From Bryobacterales bacterium (GTDB lineage: Bacteria; Acidobacteriota; Terriglobia; Bryobacterales; UBA6623), in assembly GCA_963422375.2 (NCBI GenBank), contig OY729427.2, positions 224,001-288,000 of the forward strand: 64,000 bases of DNA, in the 5' to 3' direction. Position 1 is the stretch's first letter; each line of letters begins with the position of its first letter. Under the pieces are notes generated by a model. That model was not told the DNA's origin. It saw only the letters and a program-made list of their open reading frames with translations, and ran no database searches. Position numbers and translations under genes: made by a program. Below, one piece after another: positions 51,964-61,730 of the stretch.

Positions 51964-52383
51964 ATGAGTTTGTTCATTGTGAAGCAACTTCCAGTGTTGT
52001 CTCCAAAGTGCTACTTGGAACGGGCTGGCAACGGTCAGCACTTTTGTGAGCTCGTGATTTCCCGAGTAGTGGAGCTCTCATTCACATCAAACGAATTGGA
52101 GGGATTCGCAAGAGTTCTAGGGTACAATGGTAGGCCATTTATTTGGGATGTTCTTCGCCGTCACCGGCTACGCTGCGAGCTTGACGCAATCTTCGCACAC
52201 ATGTACAGGCTAGACCGCGGTGAACTCGAGTGGATACTGGATGCCCCACCCCCAAGCGCATCATTCCCAACGCTGAAGGCCAACGAAATCAAGCGATACG
52301 GCGAATACCGGACCAAGCGCTATGTTCTTGCTGCATACGAGAGACTGGCTCGCGGCGAGTCCCCGGACCTGGACGAAGGGTAG
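51964..52383 (+). pseudogene. C-terminal remnant of a large N6-adenine methyltransferase / Eco57I-like R-M protein
   Basis: VKQLPVL...ELDAIFAHMY...EWILD...FP...EIKRYGEYRTKRYVLAAY; lower GC; begins at the IS end; no catalytic motifs. Confidence 0.75.
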
Positions 52384-52823
52384 GCATCCATTCTCAGAAT
52401 TGTCGCTCCGATGCATCCAAGCAAGGGCTCCGGGGCTCGGAAGATTTCGTGAGGTCCCCCACACGAGCCAATCGGAAGTCGCTCCCCTATCTCCCGTAGA
52501 CATTGATCACTGACACCGTATCTGCAGTTGAGAAGCCTCGCGATGGCGTCCCCACCAGACATTCTAGCTTGCGGTGTGGATTGCACCAGGGCTCACATCA
52601 CTCGGCGCTAGTGACGTGCCGGACTATCGCGCCGGTCCGTCTCACGGGCATCGAAGGCTCCAAGAGAATGCTACACCGCGACCGAGCAAGATTCGAGGCG
52701 GCCCATAAAGCCGCAGAGTGTGGACCAGGCGTGCGCGCCTTACCGCTGCAACGGGAAACTAGCCACACCGAGCCAGTCCCTTCGTGACCAACGAATCGAG
52801 ATCGGCTGGAGCCGACGCCAGCA

Positions 52824-52852
52824 TTGACGGCGGGGCGCGACGCTGATACAGT
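52824..52852 (+). promoter_or_regulatory. sigma70 promoter of the Oar-like TonB receptor
   Basis: TTGACG-N17-TACAGT with TG extension; AGGAGG SD before the ATG at 52929. Confidence 0.7.
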
Positions 52853-52928
52853 ATTCGTGGGATTCGTACCGCTTGCAGGGTTGCCGGCAGTACTTGTATC
52901 CCTTGTCGCGCCAATTCAGGAGGAACAG

Positions 52929-55900
52929 ATGCTTGGACTCAGACTCTCCGCGGTCGCCGCGCTGACGCTTGTCGGCGCCACGCTCTGCTTCGCGCAGACC
53001 AATGCGACCCTCACCGGCACAGTAACCGACTCGTCCGGCGCGGTAATCCCCGCCGCCGAGATCGCGATCATGAACACCGAGACCGGTGAGTCGTACGCCA
53101 CCACCACCAACGAGACCGGCAACTACACGATCCCGTTCATCAAGCCCGGCACGTTCGAGCTGATCGTGACCACGCCCGGCTTCAAGCAGTACGCCCGCGC
53201 CGGCATACGGCTCGACACCGCATCCAGCGCCAGGGCGGACGCGGTCCTGGAAGTCGGCGAGGTGACCGAGTCGGTCACGGTCGAGGCGGACGTCCCTCTT
53301 CTCAAGACCGAGAACTCCTCCGTCGGAGGAGTTATCCAGAACAGGTCGATCGCGAACATGCCCCTGCTGGGACGCCGCGCGGCGCAGCTGGTGCGTCTGA
53401 GCGGATTCGTCGTGCAGCGCGGCAACGGATCGCAGTTCCAGATCGCGGGCGGGCGAAGCAATAACGCGATGTGGACTCTCGACGGCGGATCGACTCAGAA
53501 CATCCTGCTGGGCGTCGCCTCGCTCAACTACGATCCCCCGATCGAGGCGCTCGAGGAGATGAACGTCGAGGTCTCGAACTACAAGGCGGAGATGGGGCGC
53601 TCGGGCGGCGGGTTCATCCAGATGACCACCAAGGCCGGGACCAACAGCTTCCACGGAGCTCTCTACGACTTCCTCCGGAACGACGCCATGGACTCGCGGC
53701 AGTTCTTCGCCCGCGACAAGCAGACCCTGCGCCGGAACCAGTACGGCTGGGCGCTCGGCGGCCCGATTGCCAAGGACAGGACCTTCTTTTTCGCCAGCCA
53801 GGAGTTCACGACGCAGCGGACAGCGAACCCTCGGATCGAGAACATTCCCGACCCTGCCGAGACCCGCGGCGACTTTTCCGGGCTGGGCAAGGCCATACAG
53901 AATCCCGTGACCGGCGATTCCGTGCCCAACGCCACGATCCCGCAGGCCGACCTAGATCCCGTCGGGGCCAAGGTCGCGCAGTTCTGGCCCAAGCCGAACA
54001 TCGCCGGCAGGGCCTCGCGCAGCCGCAACTTCATCAACAACGCGCGCAACGTCAACGACAGCAGTACCCTGTCCGTCCGCGTCGACCACACCCTGAACGA
54101 ACGCCACCGGATCTACGGGCGCTACGTGCATTCGATCGGCCAGTCGGAACTGTTCAAGAACTTCTGGCCGCAACCGGTTCATACCAGCCAGCGCATCAAC
54201 GACTTCCACTACTTCAACTGGTCGGTCACCGAAATCTCGAACGTCACCAACAAGCTCGTCACCGAGAACCGCTTCACGTGGAACAAGCGCAAGTGGCACC
54301 CCAAGATCGCCGCCAAGGGCCTCGGCCTCTCGCAGGAGATTGGCTTCACGGGCAACAACCCCGAGTTCTTCCCCGGCTTCGGCTTGGCGGGCGGGATCCA
54401 GCGCATCGGCCGCGGCGGGGGCCAAGAACGCCGCCAGTTCCCCATCCGCGACAACCACATCGTGTCCAACTGGACCTATGTCAGCGGCCAGCACACGCTG
54501 AAGTGGGGCGGCGAGTTCCGCTGGTCCATCAACGACGACGTCTTCCTCACCAGCGCCGGCGGCTCGATGAACTTCAACCAGAACGCCACCGGGGACTCGG
54601 TCGCCGCCCTGCTGTACGGCTGGGTCGCGGGCGGAAGCCGCACCGAAACCTTCCTGATTCGCAGCCGGGCCAACTCGATGGGCATGTACCTGCAGGACGA
54701 CTGGAAGGTCACGCCGAACCTCTCCTTCAACCTCGGCCTGCGCTGGGACTTCGACACGCCCCGGTTCGAAGCCATCGACAACCGCCAGAACTCGTTCGAC
54801 ATGAGCGGCCACAACCCAGTTTGCGACTGTCCCGGCCTGATCACGTGGTCAGGGCGCGACGCCCGCGGCGGCAGCAAGTACGCCCATAACTTCGTCTACG
54901 GCAACATCGGCCCGCGCGTCGGCCTTTCCTACCGTGCCTCGGACAACTGGGTCATCCGCGCCGGCGCGTCCATCGTCTATATCGGGCAGTACGACCAAGC
55001 GACGCCCATCGTGACCAACGCAGGCTTCTCGATTCAAGGCTCGTTCGGCACTCTTCGCCCGACCGACGCCGCCTTCCTGCTACGCGACGGCCTCCCCCCG
55101 ATCAACGAGCCGACCGAGGCTGACCTAGTGCCGGGCTTCGGCTCGGTGCCGATCGGCAGCAACCCGAACTTCGCGCCGCAGTTCTTCCAGCCCGAGGACA
55201 GGCCGAATCCGTACCTGCTCACCTACAATTTCAATATCCAGCGTCGGCTTCCCGGAGACATGCTCTTCGAGGTGGGCTACCTGTCCACCATCGGAAAGAA
55301 GCTCACGATTCCCGGGTCGGCCACCCAGAACCAAGTCCACCCGTCACAGATCGGACTGGTTGACAGCAAGGGAATCGCACCCCAGGTCCTGCGCCCGTTC
55401 CCGCAGTTCTCGAATGTCGTCATGATGTCGCCGACGTTCGGCGATTCTGAGTACCACGGCGTGAATTTCAAGATCGAGAAGCGTTACTCGAACGGCCTCC
55501 AGTTCCAAACCAACTACACCTGGGCGAAGGCGATGGACAACGTCGAAGGCCGCAACGAACTCGGCGGCGAGGACGGCAGAATTCCCTTCGCCGACCAATA
55601 CAATCGGCGCATCGCGTGGTCTCTGGGGGGCAGCCACGTCGCGCATCGCGCGATCGTCAGCCTCGTTTACGACATCCCGGTCGGCCAGGGGCGTGCCAGG
55701 GCGCTCAGCAACGCGGTCTTGAACCAGATTCTCGGCGGCTGGTCGATCGGCACCATCATCGAGGCCCGCACCGGTCCGCCGTTCTCGAGCTACTGGGGCA
55801 ATGCGAGCCAAGTCTATCCAACCGCCGCCCGCGTGCGGGCCGACGCGGTGGGAGACTACCAGCGGAACAGTGCTTGGCGTGACAACGTCAGGGGCGAGAA

Positions 55901-56198
55901 GTTCTTCAACACCTCGGCCTTCGTGAAGCCCGCTCGGTTCACTTTCGGAAACGTGGGCCGGAATGCATTCATCGGTCCGGGAGCGCTGCGCACCGACATG
56001 TCGCTGATCAAGAACTTCACTATGCCATGGGAAGGTCATAGCCTGCAGTTCCGGGGAGAGGTCATCAACCTCCCCAATCGCGCCAACTTCGGCCTCCCGG
56101 TGGGCAATGTCCAGAACAAGGCCTTCGGCAATATCACCGGTCTGACAGTCGGCGCTTCCGGGCGGATCTTCCAGATCGGCCTGCGATACGGCTTCTAG
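52929..56198 (+). CDS. TonB-dependent receptor (Oar-like acidobacterial type)
   Basis: Signal peptide, GTVTDSSGAVIP, TKAGTNSFHG, YLQDDWKV, LGLRWD and GRIFQIGLRYGF. Confidence 0.95.
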   Translation: MLGLRLSAVAALTLVGATLCFAQTNATLTGTVTDSSGAVIPAAEIAIMNTETGESYATTTNETGNYTIPFIKPGTFELIVTTPGFKQYARAGIRLDTASSARADAVLEVGEVTESVTVEADVPLLKTENSSVGGVIQNRSIANMPLLGRRAAQLVRLSGFVVQRGNGSQFQIAGGRSNNAMWTLDGGSTQNILLGVASLNYDPPIEALEEMNVEVSNYKAEMGRSGGGFIQMTTKAGTNSFHGALYDFLRNDAMDSRQFFARDKQTLRRNQYGWALGGPIAKDRTFFFASQEFTTQRTANPRIENIPDPAETRGDFSGLGKAIQNPVTGDSVPNATIPQADLDPVGAKVAQFWPKPNIAGRASRSRNFINNARNVNDSSTLSVRVDHTLNERHRIYGRYVHSIGQSELFKNFWPQPVHTSQRINDFHYFNWSVTEISNVTNKLVTENRFTWNKRKWHPKIAAKGLGLSQEIGFTGNNPEFFPGFGLAGGIQRIGRGGGQERRQFPIRDNHIVSNWTYVSGQHTLKWGGEFRWSINDDVFLTSAGGSMNFNQNATGDSVAALLYGWVAGGSRTETFLIRSRANSMGMYLQDDWKVTPNLSFNLGLRWDFDTPRFEAIDNRQNSFDMSGHNPVCDCPGLITWSGRDARGGSKYAHNFVYGNIGPRVGLSYRASDNWVIRAGASIVYIGQYDQATPIVTNAGFSIQGSFGTLRPTDAAFLLRDGLPPINEPTEADLVPGFGSVPIGSNPNFAPQFFQPEDRPNPYLLTYNFNIQRRLPGDMLFEVGYLSTIGKKLTIPGSATQNQVHPSQIGLVDSKGIAPQVLRPFPQFSNVVMMSPTFGDSEYHGVNFKIEKRYSNGLQFQTNYTWAKAMDNVEGRNELGGEDGRIPFADQYNRRIAWSLGGSHVAHRAIVSLVYDIPVGQGRARALSNAVLNQILGGWSIGTIIEARTGPPFSSYWGNASQVYPTAARVRADAVGDYQRNSAWRDNVRGEKFFNTSAFVKPARFTFGNVGRNAFIGPGALRTDMSLIKNFTMPWEGHSLQFRGEVINLPNRANFGLPVGNVQNKAFGNITGLTVGASGRIFQIGLRYGF

Positions 56199-56221
56199 CC
56201 CGGCCCGTAAGGCCTCAACCT

Positions 56222-56245
56222 GCGGGGCGGCCCTAGCCGCCCCGC
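56222..56245 (+). terminator. Stem-loop after the TonB receptor
   Basis: GCGGGGCGGC-CCTA-GCCGCCCCGC, 10-bp perfect stem; weak U-tract. Confidence 0.55.
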
Positions 56246-56301
56246 CTTGGATCGCGCAGGAACCAGTCGCGGCTCCGCAGCGGCTGTTCCACAATAGAGC
56301 G

Positions 56302-57282
56302 ATGTATCGCTTGCTAGGTCTCATTACACTGGCCTGCCTGCCAGTCGCTCTAGCGTCCGATGACGTGTCCGTCCGGCGCGACGGCAACCGCATCCACGTC
56401 GAGATAGGCGGCCAGCCCTTCACCGCCTTCTATTTCGGTCCCGAAGCGACGAAGCCCTACCTGCATCCGCTTCGCGCACGGGACGGCACCGTCGTAACCC
56501 GCGGCTATCCGATGGAGCGCGTCGAGGGGGAGCAGACAGACCATCCGCACCACCGCGGCGTATGGTTCAGCCACGGAGACGTCAACGGAGTCGACTTCTG
56601 GGCCAACGAGGTCCGTCAGCGGTCAAGGGGCAGCAAGGGCACCATCGAGCTCGCCGCGATTGACGCAGTCGAATCGGGAGGTTCGGAAGGCCTCGTCAGG
56701 GCCACCTTCGGATGGCGCGGCCCGAATCGCCAGCTCCTAGTCACCGAGCGGCGGGCGATGCGCTTCCGGCGGTCGAGCGACGACAATATCGTCGACTTCG
56801 ACCTCGAACTGACGGCGGAAGCGGATTCGGTTCATTTCGGGGACACGAAGGAGGGCACCTTCGCCGTCCGCATCGCAACCGAACTGGAGGAACCGCACTT
56901 CCGAGCCAAGGGCATCGCCCGCACCGGCACGATCAAGAACGCCAGCGGGCTGGCTACGGAAGCCAGGACCTGGGGCAAGCGGTCCCCGTGGGTGGACTAC
57001 TCGGGGAGCCTGCAAGGCAAGCCGATGGGCATCGCGATCTTCGACCACCCCGACAATCCCAAGCACCCTACCTACTGGCACGTGCGAGGCTACGGGCTAT
57101 TCGCCGCCAACGTCTTCGGCGAGCACGACTTCCACGCCGACGAGAGCAAGGACGGCGGCATCACGCTCGCGAAGGGCGAAACGCTGCGATTCCGGTACCG
57201 CGTCCTCGTCCACCCCGGGAGAACCGCCGACGCCGGCTTGCCCCGCAAGCATGCCGAATGGGCGGCCGCGGGCTCGAGGTGA
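56302..57282 (+). CDS. Secreted PmoA-annotated/DUF6807-like beta-sandwich protein
   Basis: Signal peptide, KPYLHPL, DHPHHRGVW, WVDYSG and WHVRGYGLFAAN motifs. Confidence 0.8.
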   Translation: MYRLLGLITLACLPVALASDDVSVRRDGNRIHVEIGGQPFTAFYFGPEATKPYLHPLRARDGTVVTRGYPMERVEGEQTDHPHHRGVWFSHGDVNGVDFWANEVRQRSRGSKGTIELAAIDAVESGGSEGLVRATFGWRGPNRQLLVTERRAMRFRRSSDDNIVDFDLELTAEADSVHFGDTKEGTFAVRIATELEEPHFRAKGIARTGTIKNASGLATEARTWGKRSPWVDYSGSLQGKPMGIAIFDHPDNPKHPTYWHVRGYGLFAANVFGEHDFHADESKDGGITLAKGETLRFRYRVLVHPGRTADAGLPRKHAEWAAAGSR

Positions 57283-57313
57283 CCGCCCGCAGGGGGTTCG
57301 CCTGAGACGGAAC

Positions 57314-57703
57314 ATGCGCTACTCGCGGAAGCGCTTCGAGGCTTGGGTGGCCGAGGCCTGGCGTAGCATCCCGGAGCGATTCCGGCAGGAGTTCTCGAAT
57401 CTGGTCATCCTAGTCGAGGACGAGCCGACTCTCGAGCAGCTCGACGAAGCCGGCGTCCCCCCGGGCGACACGCTGCTCGGCCTGTACGAGGGGGTGCCCT
57501 TGGACGAGCGCGGGTGGCACTACCAAATGGCCCTGCCGGACCGAATCACCCTCTTCCAAGGCCCGTTGGAGAGGTCGGGCGGTGATGTCCGGCAGGAGAT
57601 CTACGAGACGCTTTGGCATGAAATCGCCCACCACATTGGCATGGACGAAGACGAGGTCCGCGCGGCCGAGCGAAGGAAGTTCGGCTTCCGAGCCGAACGC
57701 TAG
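57314..57703 (+). CDS. Minimal zincin metallopeptidase (Zincin_1-like)
   Basis: LLGLYEGVPL, PDRITLF and HEIAHHIG motifs. Confidence 0.88.
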   Translation: MRYSRKRFEAWVAEAWRSIPERFRQEFSNLVILVEDEPTLEQLDEAGVPPGDTLLGLYEGVPLDERGWHYQMALPDRITLFQGPLERSGGDVRQEIYETLWHEIAHHIGMDEDEVRAAERRKFGFRAER

Positions 57704-57811
57704 GGCGCCGGACGACCGCGCGGCCCCGCCGCCTCCGCAGTTCCGCGATGCCCCGCTTCAAGCGGCCTGGGGCTTGTACAATGGCGGCCAGCTACGGAGC
57801 TCCCCCAGCCG

Positions 57812-59014
<1,203 letters not shown>

Positions 59015-59505
59015 AATACGCGTGACCTGGCGCAATCCGTGAGCGTTCTCGCGCGGGCTACCTGTGATTCCGCCTGGCAAGGCTCGCGGCGGCCGTTGAT
59101 CCAGGCGAAGGTGCCCGTTCGAGGTGAGCGGTCGAAGTGACCTGTCCGAGTGCAGCTTCCAGCCCCTCCCACTCCTGCGAGCAGGCCTCCCAGTCGACCG
59201 CTCGGGACGGGTAGGTGAAGCTTGTCGCCGGTTTCGAGTCAGGCTGCACCAGACTGTGCTCCACGAATCATGGCCAGCCTGCTTTGACTGCACCGTCGCA
59301 CGCCCGGCCAAGCGCTCCCCGGTCGGTCCGTGGGAATCACCTCGCGCGGCCCATCGCAGCCCGGAGCTCGCTGACGACTGGCCATCGGCTACCCCGGTGA
59401 ATCTTGCCGCAGGGGACATGTACGTCCGCCGGTCCGCCGCGCAGACTCGGTTGCTATGACACGAGCGTGCTGAGTCACTCCGGCCCGCCGCAGTCAAGGC
59501 GGCGA

Positions 59506-59975
59506 TCAAGGCCGGTTCCGTTGGTCCGGATTTCGCGCCGTGGTTCGCGACCTAGCGCTCGGTGCAGCTGCAATCAGGTCGACTACTGCTCGTGGGAAGC
59601 CGTCCGACTCCGCAAGATCGTATCCATAGTATCGGCAGTATCGGCAGACCTTGTCACCGCGAGCGAATAACAAGTACGTGCGATTGCCGTCGAATCCGAA
59701 GTCGAAGTCCAGAGACCGAAGCTTCCGCGGAAAGTTGATTTCTCCGTCATCCGCCCATGCGATCAAGGGAATGGGGCTCAAATCCCATCTAGTGGTCTTG
59801 GCCAACGTCTCCGCGACTTCAAAGGCTTCGGCAGAAGGCCAATCGCCAGGAGGCCAACTCTCTCCGTCGGTGCGTTCCGAAGCCTCTCCAACCGCGGAAG
59901 CAGTCGCTGAGACTTCTTGGCCCGCTCATGCCAAGGGATTCCTATCCGACGCTCGAACTTCTGTTTCAGCCCCAT
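59506..59975 (-). pseudogene. Frameshifted lower-GC hypothetical gene remnant
   Basis: RLERLRNAP in one frame appears to continue as WPSAEAFEVAETLA...PLIAWADDGEINF...FDFGFDGNRTY in another; internal 9-nt tandem duplication. Confidence 0.45.
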
Positions 59976-60041
59976 CCAAGTCTACGCAATGCCGGCACCA
60001 GGCGCGACGGTCGCGTCAGGCCCATGACCCGGCCGCAGCCC

Positions 60042-61730
60042 TCACTGCGTCGGCAGCCCCTCGATCACCGTGATCTCGCGATTCACTTCGAGATTCGCGA
60101 GCGTGTCGACCCCGCCGCCGGGCCATCGCGCCACCACCGACTTGACGACCTCGTCGGCCCCGAGCCCGAAGGTCGCGACCGTCTCGCTCTGCGAGCAGTA
60201 GCTCGAGCCGCCGCGGACCACATGGACTTGGCGGCCCGACGCGCTGACCACCGTCAGTTCGGTGCCGAGTCCGTCTCGATTCGACCGCCGGCCCTGCAGC
60301 CGCACCCGCAAGTAGTTATTGGCATTCGCCCCGTCGTTGCGCATCAGCTTGGCGGGCCCGTTGTTGGTCGTGACCAGCATGTCGAGATCCCCGTCCCCGT
60401 CGTAGTCCGCGTAGGCCGCGCCGCGAGCCACCAACGGCTCGCCCAAGTCCGGGCCCGCTTCGGACGTCACGAGATCGAACCCGCCTCTCCCGTCGTTGCG
60501 GAACAGGTGCGGCTCCTGGGCGAACCTCACCGACGGCTGCACGATCTCGATCTCCTCGTCAAGGTGGCCGTTCGCGCAGAAGATGTCGGGATGGCCGTCC
60601 AGGTCGTAGTCGAAGAAGAACGCCCCGAACGTCAGGGTCAGAAAGCTGTCCCTGCCGATCTCGCTGGTGGGGGCCTCGTCGACGAACAGCCCGTTCCCCT
60701 CGTTGTGGAACAGGTTCAGCATCTCGTTGGCGAAGTTCCCGACAAGCAGGTGGAAGCGCCCGCTGCGGTCGTAGTCGGACGCATCCACGCCCATGGCGCC
60801 GCGCGCCTTGCCGTCCTCCGCGTACGCGATGCCGGCTGAGACCCCGCGCTCGCTGAACGTTCCGTCGCCTTCGTTCCGATAGAGCTTGTTGGGCTGGGTG
60901 TCGTTCGCCTGGAAGATGTCCGGCAGTCCGTCCGAGTCGTAGTCGAAGACAGCAATGCCCAGCGCCTTCGCGGTGGGGTCGGCGAGACCGGCCGCCTCGC
61001 CGATGTCCTCGAACGTCCCGTCTCCGCGATTCCGGTACAGGGCGGACGGCTGGCCCGGATAGGATTCCGGCGTGCAATACGTCTTCTTGGATCCGTCCAT
61101 CGAGCACCACAGGTCCTTCTCGATGGACCACTGGACGTAGTTCGCCACGAACAGGTCGAGATGCCCGTCCAAGTCGTAGTCGAGCCACGCGGCGCTCGTG
61201 CCAAACCGTGCATTGTCGATGCCCGCCGCCTCGGTGACGTCCTCGAAGGCGCCGTCGCCGCGATTCCGGAACAGCCGGTCCCCGTCCAGAACGGTCACGT
61301 AGAGATCGGCGTCGCCGTCGTTGTCGTAGTCGGCGGTCGCGGCCCCCAGCCCGTACATCGGCACGGCGAGACCCGCCGCCTGCGTCACATCCTCGAACCG
61401 GCCCTCTCCCGCATTGCGGTAGAGCTTAGACGTCACGCCCTCTCCCGGTGTCCACGGGCGGGAATTCACAAGGAAGATATCGGGACGCCCGTCGTTGTCG
61501 TAATCGAAGAACGCGCAGCCGGACCCGAGCGTCTCCGGGAGGTACTTGCGCCCCGAGCGCCCGTTGTGATGCTCGAAGTCGATGCCGGCCTCCGACGTCA
61601 CGTCGGTGAACGCAACCGGCACGCGCGACGGCCCGACGGAAGCCGGTTCCGGAGGCGCGCCGGACGGCCCGCAGGCCGACCCGACAAGCAAGGCCAGCGC
61701 GGCAGTGGACTTACAAGGGCGCGGAAACAT
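60042..61730 (-). CDS. CRTAC1-family protein (FG-GAP repeats plus ASPIC/UnbV), predicted lipoprotein
   Basis: Repeated DYDNDG and FEDVTEAAG; lipobox-like VGSAC; NRDGLG and GGSSYCSQS...FGLG. Confidence 0.93.
   Translation of the reverse strand: MFPRPCKSTAALALLVGSACGPSGAPPEPASVGPSRVPVAFTDVTSEAGIDFEHHNGRSGRKYLPETLGSGCAFFDYDNDGRPDIFLVNSRPWTPGEGVTSKLYRNAGEGRFEDVTQAAGLAVPMYGLGAATADYDNDGDADLYVTVLDGDRLFRNRGDGAFEDVTEAAGIDNARFGTSAAWLDYDLDGHLDLFVANYVQWSIEKDLWCSMDGSKKTYCTPESYPGQPSALYRNRGDGTFEDIGEAAGLADPTAKALGIAVFDYDSDGLPDIFQANDTQPNKLYRNEGDGTFSERGVSAGIAYAEDGKARGAMGVDASDYDRSGRFHLLVGNFANEMLNLFHNEGNGLFVDEAPTSEIGRDSFLTLTFGAFFFDYDLDGHPDIFCANGHLDEEIEIVQPSVRFAQEPHLFRNDGRGGFDLVTSEAGPDLGEPLVARGAAYADYDGDGDLDMLVTTNNGPAKLMRNDGANANNYLRVRLQGRRSNRDGLGTELTVVSASGRQVHVVRGGSSYCSQSETVATFGLGADEVVKSVVARWPGGGVDTLANLEVNREITVIEGLPTQ

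Noticed and set aside
56302..57282. Methane monooxygenase suggested by the PmoA label
   Set aside because: A soluble secreted protein with no multi-TM pMMO features and no pmoB or pmoC nearby.
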